Origin: Gallionellaceae bacterium
GTDB taxonomy: Bacteria; Pseudomonadota; Gammaproteobacteria; Burkholderiales; Gallionellaceae
NCBI GenBank assembly: GCA_037140475.1
Contig: JBAXEJ010000004.1
Coordinates: forward strand, 1,599-65,598
Length of the DNA: 64,000 bases
Reading direction: 5' to 3'
The translations under genes and the position numbers were made by a program. Under the pieces are notes generated by a model, which was given only the letters and a program-made list of their open reading frames with translations, had not been told where the DNA came from and made no database searches. This document shows positions 20,966-31,388 of the stretch, in pieces (position 1 is the first letter of the stretch; each line of letters begins with the position of its first letter).

Positions 20966-23475
20966 TGGCGTATCGCCTCTGCCATTTCCTGTCCGGTTTG
21001 AAAACGATCTTCTACTTTTTTTGCCAGCGCCTTATTGATTACGTCAACGACACAGGCTGGCACATCTGGGCTAATCGTACGAATATCTGCATGCGGCTCA
21101 TTCGCAATTCGGAACATCAGTTGCGCCATTGAGTCTCCCTCAAAGGGTAGCTTACCACACACCATTTGATACAAACTCGCTCCCAAGGAGAACAAGTCTG
21201 ACTGCCCCTCAATTTTGGTACCCGCCAATTGCTCTGGTGACATATAGGAGGGCGTCCCCAATACCATGCCCGTTTTGGTTTTGGACGAATCAGTGATTCG
21301 TGCAATACCAAAATCGGTCACCTTAGCCGTGTCACTTTCCATGTCATACATGATATTTGCCGGTTTAATGTCGCGGTGCACCACATGGAGCGTGTGCGCA
21401 TAGCCAAGCGCATCAGCTACGCGTGCAATGATACTCAACACTTTAGGCAAAGGCAGCAAATTATCCCGCTTGGTGTAGGGGACGAGATCCTTCCCTTTTA
21501 AGAACTCCATCGCTATGTAAGCTAGATCGTGCTCTTCGCCCGCATCGTACATCGTCACGATATTCGGATGATTTAAACGGCCCGCAGTTTCTGCCTCGCG
21601 GAAGAAGCGCGCCTTAACATCTTCCAGCTCATCCGCATCGAACTCTTGCGACAAATTCATGGTTTTGATGGCCACCACGCGGCTAATTTTGGGATCTTTG
21701 CCGAGATAGACCACGCCCATCGCGCCCTTGCCCAGCTCTTTTTCGATTTCGTAACGACCCAACATTGGTTTACTGACGCCGGCCTTGTCCAACATCATCG
21801 TGCTCGCATTACTCTTGCCCGATGCCCCTCCCAAAATGACCGTTTCAGACATTGTCTTAGCTTGACTCATGCGCTGCTCTAAATCACGGAATTTTGGGTT
21901 GTAGTCAGTCATGTATTTAAACACTGACTCCGCCTTATTAAACTGGCGCTTGCGCTCAAAGTCTAAACCCAAGTTATACAACACATCCATCAAGCTATCG
22001 TCAATAGGCACTTTGCGCAGCTTATCAAATGCAATATCCAGTTGACCTTGCCCTTGAAAAGCCAACCCCAACATGCGGTTACTTTCAGCGGAGTCGGCAT
22101 CCGATTTAATCTTGCCTTGCTCAGTCACTAAGAAGCGTTTGGTCGTCAACAATAAATGGCCCACCAACAACAAAGCCGCCGGCAACATCAACTGTATCCA
22201 AAGTGCTTGCGTGGTCATCAACACAAAGTGACTAGTCAAAAGAGAAACAAACAAAACGACCGTCACAATTGCTCCAATACCAGCACTCAGCCGGGGCAAT
22301 AGTAAAATGAGATACAACGCGATCAGCAAAAAGATACCTGTTTGCGCCCAAAACGCCCAGCTCGGCACCACAAAGAAATCCTGTTTGAGAATGCTCGAAA
22401 TAGAATGCGCCAAAGTAACCACAGGCGACATCCCGGCAGAAACTGGCGTCACCTGTAGTGCGCCGACACCCGCAGCTGTTGCACCGATGAGCACAATTTT
22501 GTCGCGATATTTATCGGCAGGAATTTTTCCCGACAGCACATCGTAGAACGAATCCACTTGAAACGCGGGCTTCCCGTCACGGTCGCTATAAAAATAAGTG
22601 TGCATGCGCGACAAGGGGTCCGTCACGATATTTAAGCTACCAATCTTCACACTCTGCCCAAGATTAACTTGAATATCTTTTGGCTCAAGATTCAAACTTT
22701 TGGCCGCCAACATCAATGACAACGAAGGGTAAAACTGATCGAAATAATTCAACACGAGCGGCTCAGTGCGAATACCCCCATCGATATCCGGTGTGACATT
22801 GAGGTGGCCGATAGCAACTGCCAATGAGCCCAAAATCGGAATAGGCACCTGTGCGCCGTTGCTCTGGATGGGGAACATCCCCGGAGTGCCTTCTTTGATA
22901 TTCGCCAAACCGTTTTTCAACACATACTCTGGCAGAGGGTTACTTGGCCTGCCTTGCGGCTCGCCTAATTCGAAATACATGCCTAACAACACCGAATTCG
23001 CCTTGGCCATACTTTCAGCCAATTTCATGTCGTTATCGAGGTGTGACATCGCTTCCAGCAAGATCAGATTCAACTGTTCCCACTCGACCGGATTAGATTC
23101 TTTAATCGTTGAAGTTGCGAGAACAGTCGCCAGTTTATTGACATATTCCAAGCCTGCATCAACTTGCGGCTCAGAGAAAAACACGGTATTACCGATGACT
23201 TTGGCATGACCACTCGCCAAAATATCTAACAACTTACCTTGGGTCTCACGTGGCCAAGGCCAGCGTCCAAGGTTGGCAATGCTGTCATCGTCAATCGCGA
23301 TGATGGCGATTTTGTCACTCGCCACACGAGAAGAAGCGCGCACGCCAATGTCATAAGCCTTGCGCTCAAGGCTTTGCATCAAATCAGAGTTCGCCGTCGC
23401 CAAAAACACCAATGCAACTAGTACGCCAACAAACCAATCGGCTTTGAAGAACGTCACTTTTTTGATGTTAGCCAT
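20944..23475 (-). CDS. CHASE2 sensor / TPR-like linker / Hanks-type Ser/Thr protein kinase
   Basis: CHASE2 signature (NLGRWPWPRE) and a TM cluster. Kinase motifs GKGAMGVVY, VAIK, HRDIKPANI, DFGIA and GTPSYMSPE. Confidence 0.9.
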   Translation of the reverse strand: MANIKKVTFFKADWFVGVLVALVFLATANSDLMQSLERKAYDIGVRASSRVASDKIAIIAIDDDSIANLGRWPWPRETQGKLLDILASGHAKVIGNTVFFSEPQVDAGLEYVNKLATVLATSTIKESNPVEWEQLNLILLEAMSHLDNDMKLAESMAKANSVLLGMYFELGEPQGRPSNPLPEYVLKNGLANIKEGTPGMFPIQSNGAQVPIPILGSLAVAIGHLNVTPDIDGGIRTEPLVLNYFDQFYPSLSLMLAAKSLNLEPKDIQVNLGQSVKIGSLNIVTDPLSRMHTYFYSDRDGKPAFQVDSFYDVLSGKIPADKYRDKIVLIGATAAGVGALQVTPVSAGMSPVVTLAHSISSILKQDFFVVPSWAFWAQTGIFLLIALYLILLLPRLSAGIGAIVTVVLFVSLLTSHFVLMTTQALWIQLMLPAALLLVGHLLLTTKRFLVTEQGKIKSDADSAESNRMLGLAFQGQGQLDIAFDKLRKVPIDDSLMDVLYNLGLDFERKRQFNKAESVFKYMTDYNPKFRDLEQRMSQAKTMSETVILGGASGKSNASTMMLDKAGVSKPMLGRYEIEKELGKGAMGVVYLGKDPKISRVVAIKTMNLSQEFDADELEDVKARFFREAETAGRLNHPNIVTMYDAGEEHDLAYIAMEFLKGKDLVPYTKRDNLLPLPKVLSIIARVADALGYAHTLHVVHRDIKPANIMYDMESDTAKVTDFGIARITDSSKTKTGMVLGTPSYMSPEQLAGTKIEGQSDLFSLGASLYQMVCGKLPFEGDSMAQLMFRIANEPHADIRTISPDVPACVVDVINKALAKKVEDRFQTGQEMAEAIRQCAATLH

Positions 23476-23575
23476 GCCCCACCTTTGTCATTCTGTTTTC
23501 CTCTTCGCCAGATACTAAAACATTTTTCAATGGCAAACTATAGCGATCTGATTTAATTGAATTATCTAGATATTT

Positions 23576-24001
23576 TTATTTGACGAGCAAAACAGGGACT
23601 TTTGCCAAATGAACAACTTTACTTGCTACAGAACCTAACAACAGTGTGGATAAAGACGTTTCACCATGTGCGCTCATCACAATTTGCTCAACCTGATGCT
23701 CTTGAGCGTATTGCACCACGCCCTCAGCAGGCGAGCCCACACTTACATGATAGGTGTAAGCCAAGCCAACCTTGTCTAGCTTAGCTCGCGCCTGAGTGAG
23801 TGCCACAGCCCCCTGCTCACGATAATAATCATTGATCGTGTCTTGCCTGATGAATAACTTAACGTTACCCGACGCCAGTTTCCACTGCACATTGAGCAAG
23901 CAAATTTGCGGTGGCTCTTTGAATTGAGCTGCATTAGCAATCACATAATCTACCGCACGCTCAGCATTGATGGAGCCATCTACTGGAATCAATATTTTCA
24001 T
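23576..24001 (-). CDS. universal stress protein (UspA family)
   Basis: 141 aa. MKILIPVDGS N-terminus and C-terminal G..SLSTLLLGSVASKVVH.A..PVLLV motif. Confidence 0.85.
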   Translation of the reverse strand: MKILIPVDGSINAERAVDYVIANAAQFKEPPQICLLNVQWKLASGNVKLFIRQDTINDYYREQGAVALTQARAKLDKVGLAYTYHVSVGSPAEGVVQYAQEHQVEQIVMSAHGETSLSTLLLGSVASKVVHLAKVPVLLVK

Positions 24002-24015
24002 TTCACTTTCCTCAC

Positions 24016-24759
24016 TTAGGCTTGATCGCCCTGTTTAGCAGGCACTTGCTCATCCACCAGATCGATCACCTCAGCTGTCGCAACTTTGCGCATAGCCAAC
24101 CATTTGCCGACCCCCAATACCAACAGCGCACAGAATCCTGGAACGATCCAATGCAAAGCATGTTGCGCTTCGACCCAAGGCTTAAATAATGCTTCGCCCA
24201 GCAACATCTCACCGGCAACGTATCCTAACAACGCTCCTCCAGCGAAAACAATAAATGGGAAACGGTCGATGAGTTTCAATACCAACTGACTACTCCACGC
24301 GATCATCGGTATGCTAATCAGCAAACCGAACACCAACAGCATCACATTGCCATGCGCCGCTCCCGCCACACCCAGCACGTTATCGAGGCTCATCACAAAG
24401 TCTGCAATGATGATGGTTTTTATCGCGCCCCACAGATGCGTATCTGCCTTGATATTACCTTCGCTGTGCTCATCGTCTGGCAGTAGCAATTTGATACCAA
24501 TCCAGAGTAGTAGCAACGCACCCACCAACTTCAAATAAGGCAACGCTAGCAAGCTCACAGCAAAGAAAGTCAATACGATACGCAAACCAATCGCACCACC
24601 CACGCCGTACAGAATGCCCTTCTTACGTTGCGCTGCAGGCAAGTTGCGACAAGCCAACGCAATCACCACTGCGTTATCCCCAGATAACAGCAAGTCGATC
24701 ATGATGATCTTAAATACATCTACCCAAAATTGGGCAGAGCTCAGCATTTCCAACATCAC
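24016..24759 (-). CDS. TerC/YjbE-family integral membrane protein
   Basis: Seven-TM-type protein with duplicated DNAVVIA / DNVLGVA motifs. Confidence 0.85.
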   Translation of the reverse strand: MMLEMLSSAQFWVDVFKIIMIDLLLSGDNAVVIALACRNLPAAQRKKGILYGVGGAIGLRIVLTFFAVSLLALPYLKLVGALLLLWIGIKLLLPDDEHSEGNIKADTHLWGAIKTIIIADFVMSLDNVLGVAGAAHGNVMLLVFGLLISIPMIAWSSQLVLKLIDRFPFIVFAGGALLGYVAGEMLLGEALFKPWVEAQHALHWIVPGFCALLVLGVGKWLAMRKVATAEVIDLVDEQVPAKQGDQA

Positions 24760-24760
24760 A

Positions 24761-25642
24761 TTATCCCTTCAAGATTTTCTGCATGACACGCCCCATCTCT
24801 GCTGGGTTACGTGTGATGTGAATACCGCACTCTTCCATCACCGCCAATTTCTCATTAGCACCACCCTGCCCACCCGAGATGATCGCACCGGCATGACCCA
24901 TGCGCTTGCCCTCGGGCGCCGTCACACCGGCGATAAAGCCCACCACGGGTTTTTTCATATGGTCTTTGATCCAACGCGCGCATTCCTCTTCATCGCTACC
25001 GCCGATTTCACCCACCATGATCACCGCATCTGTGTCTGGATCGTCGTTGAATAAACGCATCACGTCGATGTGTTTCATGCCGTTGATTGGATCACCGCCA
25101 ATGCCCACACATGAGGACTGTCCATAACCGAGTGCAGTGAGTTGCCCCACCGCTTCATAAGTGAGCGTACCCGAGCGCGACACCACGCCGATACGCCCTT
25201 TTTTATGGATATGCCCCGGCATGATGCCGATCTTAATTTCATCTGGCGTAATCAGTCCCGGACAGTTTGGACCAATGAGCACTGTTTTTTTACCGATCAT
25301 CTTGTAGCGCGTCTTCAGCATGTCATGCACAGGAATGCCTTCCGTGATGCAGATCACCAAATCCAAATCTGCTTCGACTGCCTCATCAATCGCTGCCGCC
25401 GCACCGGAAGGAGGCACATAGATAACAGAGACGGTTGCGCCCGTTGCCGCTTTGGCATCACGCACGGAGGCATACACCGGGATGCCCTCAAAATCTTCAC
25501 CCGCTTTTTTTGGATTCACGCCTGCCACAAAACAGTTCGCACCATTGGCGTATTGCTTGCAATGAAAAGTATGGAACTGGCCGACCTTGCCGGTCATGCC
25601 TTGAGTAATCACCTTGGTATTTTTGTTAATCAGGATGCTCAT
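24761..25642 (-). CDS. sucD: succinate--CoA ligase alpha subunit
   Basis: [20 protein letters not shown]-terminus and the active-site His region MGHAGAI. Confidence 0.96.
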   Translation of the reverse strand: MSILINKNTKVITQGMTGKVGQFHTFHCKQYANGANCFVAGVNPKKAGEDFEGIPVYASVRDAKAATGATVSVIYVPPSGAAAAIDEAVEADLDLVICITEGIPVHDMLKTRYKMIGKKTVLIGPNCPGLITPDEIKIGIMPGHIHKKGRIGVVSRSGTLTYEAVGQLTALGYGQSSCVGIGGDPINGMKHIDVMRLFNDDPDTDAVIMVGEIGGSDEEECARWIKDHMKKPVVGFIAGVTAPEGKRMGHAGAIISGGQGGANEKLAVMEECGIHITRNPAEMGRVMQKILKG

Positions 25643-26811
25643 TATTTTGCTCCCTTCGCAGCAGCAACTACTTTCTGGGCTGCATCCGCCATATCGCTGC
25701 CTGAAATAATCGGCAAGCCTGATTCAGCCAATATTTTTTTGCCCAGCTCGACGTTGGTGCCTTCCAAGCGCACCACTAATGGCACGTTCAAACTCACCTC
25801 GCGCGCGGCGGCCACTACACCTTCGGCAATCACATCGCACTTCATAATACCGCCGAAGATATTCACTAAGATTGCTTTGAGGTGCGGGTTCTTCAACATC
25901 AACTTAAAGGCCTCAGTGACTTTTTCTTTATTTGCACCACCCCCCACATCAAGGAAGTTTGCCGGACTACCGCCGTAAAGTTTAATGATGTCCATCGTCG
26001 CCATCGCCAAACCCGCCCCATTCACCAGACAGCCAATGTCACCATCTAACTGGATATAGCTGAGCTCAAATTTTGAAGCTTCAATTTCCGCTGGATCTTC
26101 TTCATCTAGATCGCGATAGGCCATAATTTCAGGGCGACGGTATAGCGCATTGGAATCAAAATTAAATTTTGCATCCAGTGCAATCACTTTGTTTTCTGCA
26201 GTCAGCACCAGCGGATTAATCTCAGCGAGCATCGCATCTTTTTCTACAAACGCCTGATACAGGCCCTGCAGCACTTTCACCGCCTCGGCATTTGCCGCAT
26301 CAGGAATGCCAATCGATCGCGCGGCCTGAGCCGCTTCATCATTGGTCAGCCCAGTAGCGGGATCAATGCGTACCGTTTTGATTTTTTCGGGGGAATGCTT
26401 GGCGACTTCTTCGATCTCAATACCGCCTTCGCTTGATGCCAACAGCGCCACGCGCTGCGAAGCGCGATCTACCACCATGCCCACATAAAACTCTTTAACA
26501 ATTTGCGCGCCTTCTTCAATCAATAAACGACGCACTTTCTGTCCAGCAGCGCCTGTCTGATGCGTGATCAACTGCATACCCAAAATCTGGCTGGCAAATT
26601 GACGCACCTCATCCAGAGACTTGGCTACCTTCACACCGCCGCCCTTGCCGCGGCCGCCTGCATGAATTTGCGCTTTCACCACCCAAACATTGCCCCCTAA
26701 TTTTTGCGCTGCAGCAACGGCCTCAACAACTGAGAAACACGCTTCACCGCGCGGCGTTGGTACACCAAATTCGCGCAGAATCTCTTTGCCCTGATATTCA
26801 TGGATTTTCAT
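25642..26811 (-). CDS. sucC: succinate--CoA ligase beta subunit
   Basis: [19 protein letters not shown]-terminus. Start set at ATG 26811 (GAGG upstream); the track's 22-codon extension overlaps the rfbD end. Confidence 0.96.
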   Translation of the reverse strand: MKIHEYQGKEILREFGVPTPRGEACFSVVEAVAAAQKLGGNVWVVKAQIHAGGRGKGGGVKVAKSLDEVRQFASQILGMQLITHQTGAAGQKVRRLLIEEGAQIVKEFYVGMVVDRASQRVALLASSEGGIEIEEVAKHSPEKIKTVRIDPATGLTNDEAAQAARSIGIPDAANAEAVKVLQGLYQAFVEKDAMLAEINPLVLTAENKVIALDAKFNFDSNALYRRPEIMAYRDLDEEDPAEIEASKFELSYIQLDGDIGCLVNGAGLAMATMDIIKLYGGSPANFLDVGGGANKEKVTEAFKLMLKNPHLKAILVNIFGGIMKCDVIAEGVVAAAREVSLNVPLVVRLEGTNVELGKKILAESGLPIISGSDMADAAQKVVAAAKGAK

Positions 26812-26818
26812 ATCGCCC

Positions 26819-27703
26819 TCATTTCGACTGAAGTTCTTGCATACACAATTGCAAATTGTCTTGCCAGCTTCCCACACTTAAACCAAAATCTCTCATCAAT
26901 TTATCGTTTGACATCACCGAATTCATCGGTCGCGCGGCGGGCGTTGGATAGTCTCGCGAAGGAATAGGAATCAAATTCGGATGCAACTCTGCTAAGCGCA
27001 AAATCTCCGCCGTAAAACCATGCCACGAAACACTACCCTGCGAAGTCAGATGATACGTACCTGACGCTTGACCTAGCATTCCATTTTTCACATTGAGTGC
27101 ATAGTACTGAGCCAGAATCTGTCCTGTTACCTCTGCCAAGGAGCGACACCACGTTGGCGCCCCTATTTGATCATCCACGACTCTCAGCTCACTACGCTCA
27201 CGCGCCAGCCGCAACATGGTCAATAAAAAATTCTTACCGCGTGCGCCATATACCCAGCTGGTACGAAAAATAAAATGATCACACCCGGTCGCTCGAATCG
27301 CCTGCTCACCCGCCAGTTTGGTTTTACCGTAAACACCTAGCGGATTGGTTACATCGTCTTCCACATATGCACCCACCTTGCTGCCATCAAAAACATAGTC
27401 AGTGGAATAGTGCACCAACAGTGCATTGAGCTTTTTAGCTTCCTCCGCCAATACACCTGGTGCGATCCCGTTAACTGCCATCGCTAGATCAGGCTCAGAT
27501 TCCGCTTTATCCACTGCCGTGTAAGCGGCCGGATTCACGATGATGACGGGCTTGATCTCTTGTACTTTGCGACGAATCCCCTCTGCATCCGCCAGATTCA
27601 ATTCGCTGGAATCAAGTGCAATCACCTGCCCTAAGGAGGCAAGCGTGCGCTGTAGCTCCCAGCCGACTTGGCCATTTTTTCCCGTGAGTAATATCTTTCT
27701 CAC
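26819..27703 (-). CDS. rfbD: dTDP-4-dehydrorhamnose reductase
   Basis: [13 protein letters not shown] Rossmann N-terminus and STDYVFDG motif. GTG start at about 27703 forms a GTGA overlap with the rfbC stop (the track uses an upstream TTG). Confidence 0.9.
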   Translation of the reverse strand: MRKILLTGKNGQVGWELQRTLASLGQVIALDSSELNLADAEGIRRKVQEIKPVIIVNPAAYTAVDKAESEPDLAMAVNGIAPGVLAEEAKKLNALLVHYSTDYVFDGSKVGAYVEDDVTNPLGVYGKTKLAGEQAIRATGCDHFIFRTSWVYGARGKNFLLTMLRLARERSELRVVDDQIGAPTWCRSLAEVTGQILAQYYALNVKNGMLGQASGTYHLTSQGSVSWHGFTAEILRLAELHPNLIPIPSRDYPTPAARPMNSVMSNDKLMRDFGLSVGSWQDNLQLCMQELQSK

Positions 27704-28248
27704 GCAAAAACCTCGGCACGGCAAAACGGTGTGCCTGCTTTGTCTTTACCGGAGAGCAAAGGCTCTGCACCATTGAGCTGCCAATCAACCGCCAACTCGG
27801 CATCGTTCCACAAAATTGAGCGCTCAAATTCAGGTGCGTAATAATCCGTTGTCTTGTAGAGAAACTCGGCTGTCTCGCTCAACACCACAAAGCCATGCGC
27901 GAAGCCCGGTGGAATCCACAACATGCGTTTATTTTCAGCAGACAACGAGAGGCCAACAGACTTACCAAAGGTCGGTGAGCTTTTGCGAATATCCACTGCC
28001 ACATCCCACACCTCACCCGCCACCGCACGCACTAGCTTTCCTTGTGCTTGTTGGATTTGGTAGTGAAGTCCACGCAGTACATGACGCGCCGACTTAGAGT
28101 GATTGTCCTGTACGAATTCGGCTTGGATGCCTGTGCTCTGAGCAAACTGGCGTTTGTTAAAACTCTCGTAAAAAAAGCCTCGATCATCACCGAACACTTT
28201 TGGCTCAATGATCAGCACATCAGGAATTGAAGTAGGAATGACTTTCAT
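27700..28248 (-). CDS. rfbC: dTDP-4-dehydrorhamnose 3,5-epimerase
   Basis: FGDDRGFFYESF and RGLHYQ motifs of RmlC. Confidence 0.93.
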   Translation of the reverse strand: MKVIPTSIPDVLIIEPKVFGDDRGFFYESFNKRQFAQSTGIQAEFVQDNHSKSARHVLRGLHYQIQQAQGKLVRAVAGEVWDVAVDIRKSSPTFGKSVGLSLSAENKRMLWIPPGFAHGFVVLSETAEFLYKTTDYYAPEFERSILWNDAELAVDWQLNGAEPLLSGKDKAGTPFCRAEVFA

Positions 28249-29123
28249 CAGAATGCCTTGTCAGAAAGAAGGCTTAACAAATAACGGCCATAAGCATTTT
28301 TCGCCAGTGGCTGCGCAAGCTTTTCTACTTGCTCCGCTGTGATGTAACCCTTACGAAAGGCGATCTCTTCAGGACAGGCAATCTTGAGCCCTTGGCGTTT
28401 TTCTAAGGTCTGCACAAAAGAACCGGCTTCTAGCAAAGATTCATGCGTGCCGGTATCTAACCATGCGTAGCCGCGGCCCATCACCTGCACATCCAAATCG
28501 CCACGTTCCAAATAAATTTGGTTCACCGTCGTGATCTCCAATTCACCGCGTGCCGAAGGTTTGATGGTTTTAGCGATTTGCACTACATCGTTATCGTAGA
28601 AATACAGACCGGTCACGGCATAGTTCGATTTTGGCTTGAGTGGTTTTTCTTCAATACTCAGCGCGCGCCCATTGGCATCAAAGTCCACTACGCCGTAACG
28701 CTCAGGATCTTGCACGTGATAGGCAAACACTGTGCCGCCTTTTTGTTTAGTCGATGCCGCATTCAATAAACGGTCAAAACCATGCCCGTAAAAAATGTTG
28801 TCCCCCAGCACTAAGGAGCAGCCATCATTGCCAATGAACGACTCACCGATGATGAAGGCTTGTGCCAAGCCATCAGGTGAAGATTGTACTGCATAGGAGA
28901 AATTCATGCCCCATTGACTACCATCACCCAGCAATTGCTTAAACAATGGCGTGTCTTGCGGCGTGGAGATAATCAGCACATCGCGAATACCGCTCAACAT
29001 CAGCGTTGTCAGCGGGTGATACACCATCGGCTTGTCATACACCGGCAAGAGTTGCTTGGAGATGGCTTGAGTAACAGGATATAAACGTGTGCCGGAACCG
29101 CCAGCGAGGATGATGCCTTTCAT
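28248..29123 (-). CDS. rfbA: glucose-1-phosphate thymidylyltransferase
   Basis: [17 protein letters not shown]-terminus, RmlA family. Confidence 0.95.
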   Translation of the reverse strand: MKGIILAGGSGTRLYPVTQAISKQLLPVYDKPMVYHPLTTLMLSGIRDVLIISTPQDTPLFKQLLGDGSQWGMNFSYAVQSSPDGLAQAFIIGESFIGNDGCSLVLGDNIFYGHGFDRLLNAASTKQKGGTVFAYHVQDPERYGVVDFDANGRALSIEEKPLKPKSNYAVTGLYFYDNDVVQIAKTIKPSARGELEITTVNQIYLERGDLDVQVMGRGYAWLDTGTHESLLEAGSFVQTLEKRQGLKIACPEEIAFRKGYITAEQVEKLAQPLAKNAYGRYLLSLLSDKAF

Positions 29124-29289
29124 GATGCCACCTCTTTATCTTTCTCATTAAACCTACCTGCCCGGTGTCGGTGGCTGGCCGCACTCGCGGACGCGCACAT
29201 CCCCGCTTTGCGGGGCCCCTGCTTGCTGCTGGCTTCGGCATAACCTAAAGGTAAGCCTACGCCGCAACAAGACGCTACGCGTCGTGTTG
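29124..29289. other. GC-rich, hairpin-dense 166-bp spacer inside the rfbB-rfbA junction (REP-like?)
   Basis: Hairpins ccccgc-ttt-gcgggg (29201-29215) and caacaagacg/cgtcgtgttg (29265-29289, 9 of 10 bp) directly after the rfbB stop. Composition is visibly GC-richer than the flanks. Confidence 0.4.
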
Positions 29290-30357
29290 TCATGTTGCCC
29301 CTCTTTTCGCGTAGTTTTGGCTTACCCACTTTTGATATTCACCACTGGTCACCCCGCGCACCCAGTCAGAGTTGGACAGATACCACTCCACGGTTTTGCG
29401 CAGACCAGTTTCAAATGTTTCTTGCGGCTTCCAGCCTAAGTCATTAGCAATTTTCGTGGCATCAATCGCATAACGACGGTCATGTCCGGGACGATCTTGT
29501 ACGTAGGTGATTAGCTTGGCGTGTGGTGCGTTATGCGGCAGCTTTTCATCGAGAATCGTGCAGATAGCTTGCACCACTTCGAGGTTGGTCTTTTCGTTCC
29601 AACCACCGATGTTGTAGGTCTCACCTAATTTACCTTTTTCCAGCACGAGGCGCAGGGCACGTGCATGATCATCTACATATAGCCAATCGCGAATATTGTC
29701 GCCCTTGCCGTAGATCGGTAGCGGCTTGCCATTCACTGCGTTCAAGATCACCAGCGGGATCAGCTTTTCAGGGAAGTGATAGGGGCCGTAATTATTCGAG
29801 CAGTTGGTGGTCACCACCGGAAAACCGTAAGTGTGATGCCATGCACGCACCAAGTGATCACTGGACGCCTTGCTCGCAGAGTAAGGTGAGTTTGGCTCAT
29901 AAGCGGTGTCTTCGGTAAAGAAGCCAGAATCATCCAAACTGCCGTACACCTCATCCGTAGAAATGTGATGAAATCGAAAAGTTGCCTTACGTGTCGAATC
30001 CAATTCGCTCCAATAGCTACGCGCGGCTTCAAGTAAGGTGTAGGTGCCGACAATATTGGTTTGGATGAATGCCGCAGGGCCCGTGATCGAACGATCAACA
30101 TGCGACTCAGCAGCCAAATGCATTACCGCATCCGGTTGATGTTCGCGAAATACACGCGCTACTTCTGCGGCATCGCAAATATCAACCTGTTCAAACTTGT
30201 AGCGCGGGTTATCAGAAATCGAGGCTAGCGATTGCAGGTTGCCAGCATAGGTCAGCTTATCGACATTGACGACTTTATCTTGTGTCTCGTCGATGAACTG
30301 TCGTGCCACAGCCGAACCAATAAATCCTGCTGCACCGGTGATGAGTATGGTTTTCAT
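29290..30357 (-). CDS. rfbB: dTDP-glucose 4,6-dehydratase
   Basis: [12 protein letters not shown] Rossmann motif and [10 protein letters not shown] catalytic YxxxK. Confidence 0.95.
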   Translation of the reverse strand: MKTILITGAAGFIGSAVARQFIDETQDKVVNVDKLTYAGNLQSLASISDNPRYKFEQVDICDAAEVARVFREHQPDAVMHLAAESHVDRSITGPAAFIQTNIVGTYTLLEAARSYWSELDSTRKATFRFHHISTDEVYGSLDDSGFFTEDTAYEPNSPYSASKASSDHLVRAWHHTYGFPVVTTNCSNNYGPYHFPEKLIPLVILNAVNGKPLPIYGKGDNIRDWLYVDDHARALRLVLEKGKLGETYNIGGWNEKTNLEVVQAICTILDEKLPHNAPHAKLITYVQDRPGHDRRYAIDATKIANDLGWKPQETFETGLRKTVEWYLSNSDWVRGVTSGEYQKWVSQNYAKRGAT

Positions 30358-30362
30358 AAGCC

Positions 30363-31388
30363 CTACTTTTCTAAGTTACTAAACTTCACTAACTGCGCCA
30401 ATTTTTCTTTGGCTGCACCACTGCCAATCACTTCACTTGCTTTGCTCACACCGTGACCTAAAGATTCAACCAAACCCGCAGTGTAGATTGCCGCACCTGC
30501 ATTGAGCAATACAATGTCACGCGCCACACCTGATTGATTATCCAACACACTCAGCAGCATCGCTTTTGCCTCTGCCGCATCGCTCACTTTGATGGCATCC
30601 AGTGGTGCAGACTTCAAACCAAACAGTTCCGGCGTGATGGTGTATTCGTTCACTTGACCGTCTTTCAATTCCGCAACGTTGGTCGATCCACTGATCGTAA
30701 TTTCGTCCAAGCCATCACTGCCGTTAACTACTAGCACATGGCGACTTCCCAAGCGCTGCAACACGCGCGCTTGAATACCCACCAAATCAGGATGGAACAC
30801 GCCCATCACTTGATTATCCGCACCAGCCGGATTGGTCAGAGGCCCCAGCACGTTGAACATGGTGCGCACTCCCAATTCCTTGCGTACCGGCGCAGCATAT
30901 TTCATCGCACCATGAAAGTTTGGCGCAAACATAAAACCAATACCGATCTGATCAATGCTCTGCCCCACCTGCTCCGGCGTCAAATTAAGATTCACGCCCA
31001 AGGCCTCCAGCACATCGGCTGAACCGCAAGTAGAAGAGACAGATCGGCCACCATGCTTGGCAACGTGTGCGCCCGCAGCCGCAGCCACAAATGCACTGGT
31101 CGTCGAGATATTGAAAGTGTGCGCCGCATCGCCCCCTGTACCGCAGGTATCCACCAGATACTCACGCTGGGTGACCGGCACTTTGGTAGCGAATTCGCGC
31201 ATCACAAACGCCGCCGCAGAAATCTCGCCAATGGTTTCTTTCTTCACACGCAAGCCAACCAGAATGGCGGCAATCATCGTCGGCGAAACCTCACCGCTCA
31301 TGATTTGCCGCATCAACGACAACATCTCATCGTAAAAAATCTCGCGCTGCTCGATCAGGCGAACCAGGGCTTGTTGTGGCGTAATCAT
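30363..31388 (-). CDS. trpD: anthranilate phosphoribosyltransferase
   Basis: DTCGTGGD and KHGGRS motifs. Confidence 0.95.
   Translation of the reverse strand: MITPQQALVRLIEQREIFYDEMLSLMRQIMSGEVSPTMIAAILVGLRVKKETIGEISAAAFVMREFATKVPVTQREYLVDTCGTGGDAAHTFNISTTSAFVAAAAGAHVAKHGGRSVSSTCGSADVLEALGVNLNLTPEQVGQSIDQIGIGFMFAPNFHGAMKYAAPVRKELGVRTMFNVLGPLTNPAGADNQVMGVFHPDLVGIQARVLQRLGSRHVLVVNGSDGLDEITISGSTNVAELKDGQVNEYTITPELFGLKSAPLDAIKVSDAAEAKAMLLSVLDNQSGVARDIVLLNAGAAIYTAGLVESLGHGVSKASEVIGSGAAKEKLAQLVKFSNLEK

Noticed and set aside
25142-25978. 278-aa plus-strand ORF, the longest unexplained ORF in the track
   Set aside because: It lies entirely antisense to the highly conserved sucD/sucC genes. The product is His/Arg/Ala-rich with no recognisable motif or SD. 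This is the typical shadow ORF of a gene with biased third-position composition.
26812-26877. N-terminal extensions in the ORF track (sucC here; also rpe to 35419, hemF from 51368, hslR from 37472, dps from 54586, erythrin from 53998, ygjP-like from 3461, yihY to 5489, mazE to 58400, ubiC to 61758)
   Set aside because: In each case an internal start reproduces the conserved family N-terminus, usually has a better SD, and removes overlap with the neighbouring gene or terminator. The longest-ORF coordinates were therefore trimmed.
29035-29329. 68-aa and 69-aa minus-strand ORFs across the rfbB-rfbA spacer
   Set aside because: Both are Arg/Ala/Pro/Gly-rich translations of a GC-rich hairpin region. 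They overlap the rfbA start and the rfbB stop. The region is more parsimoniously a structured non-coding spacer.
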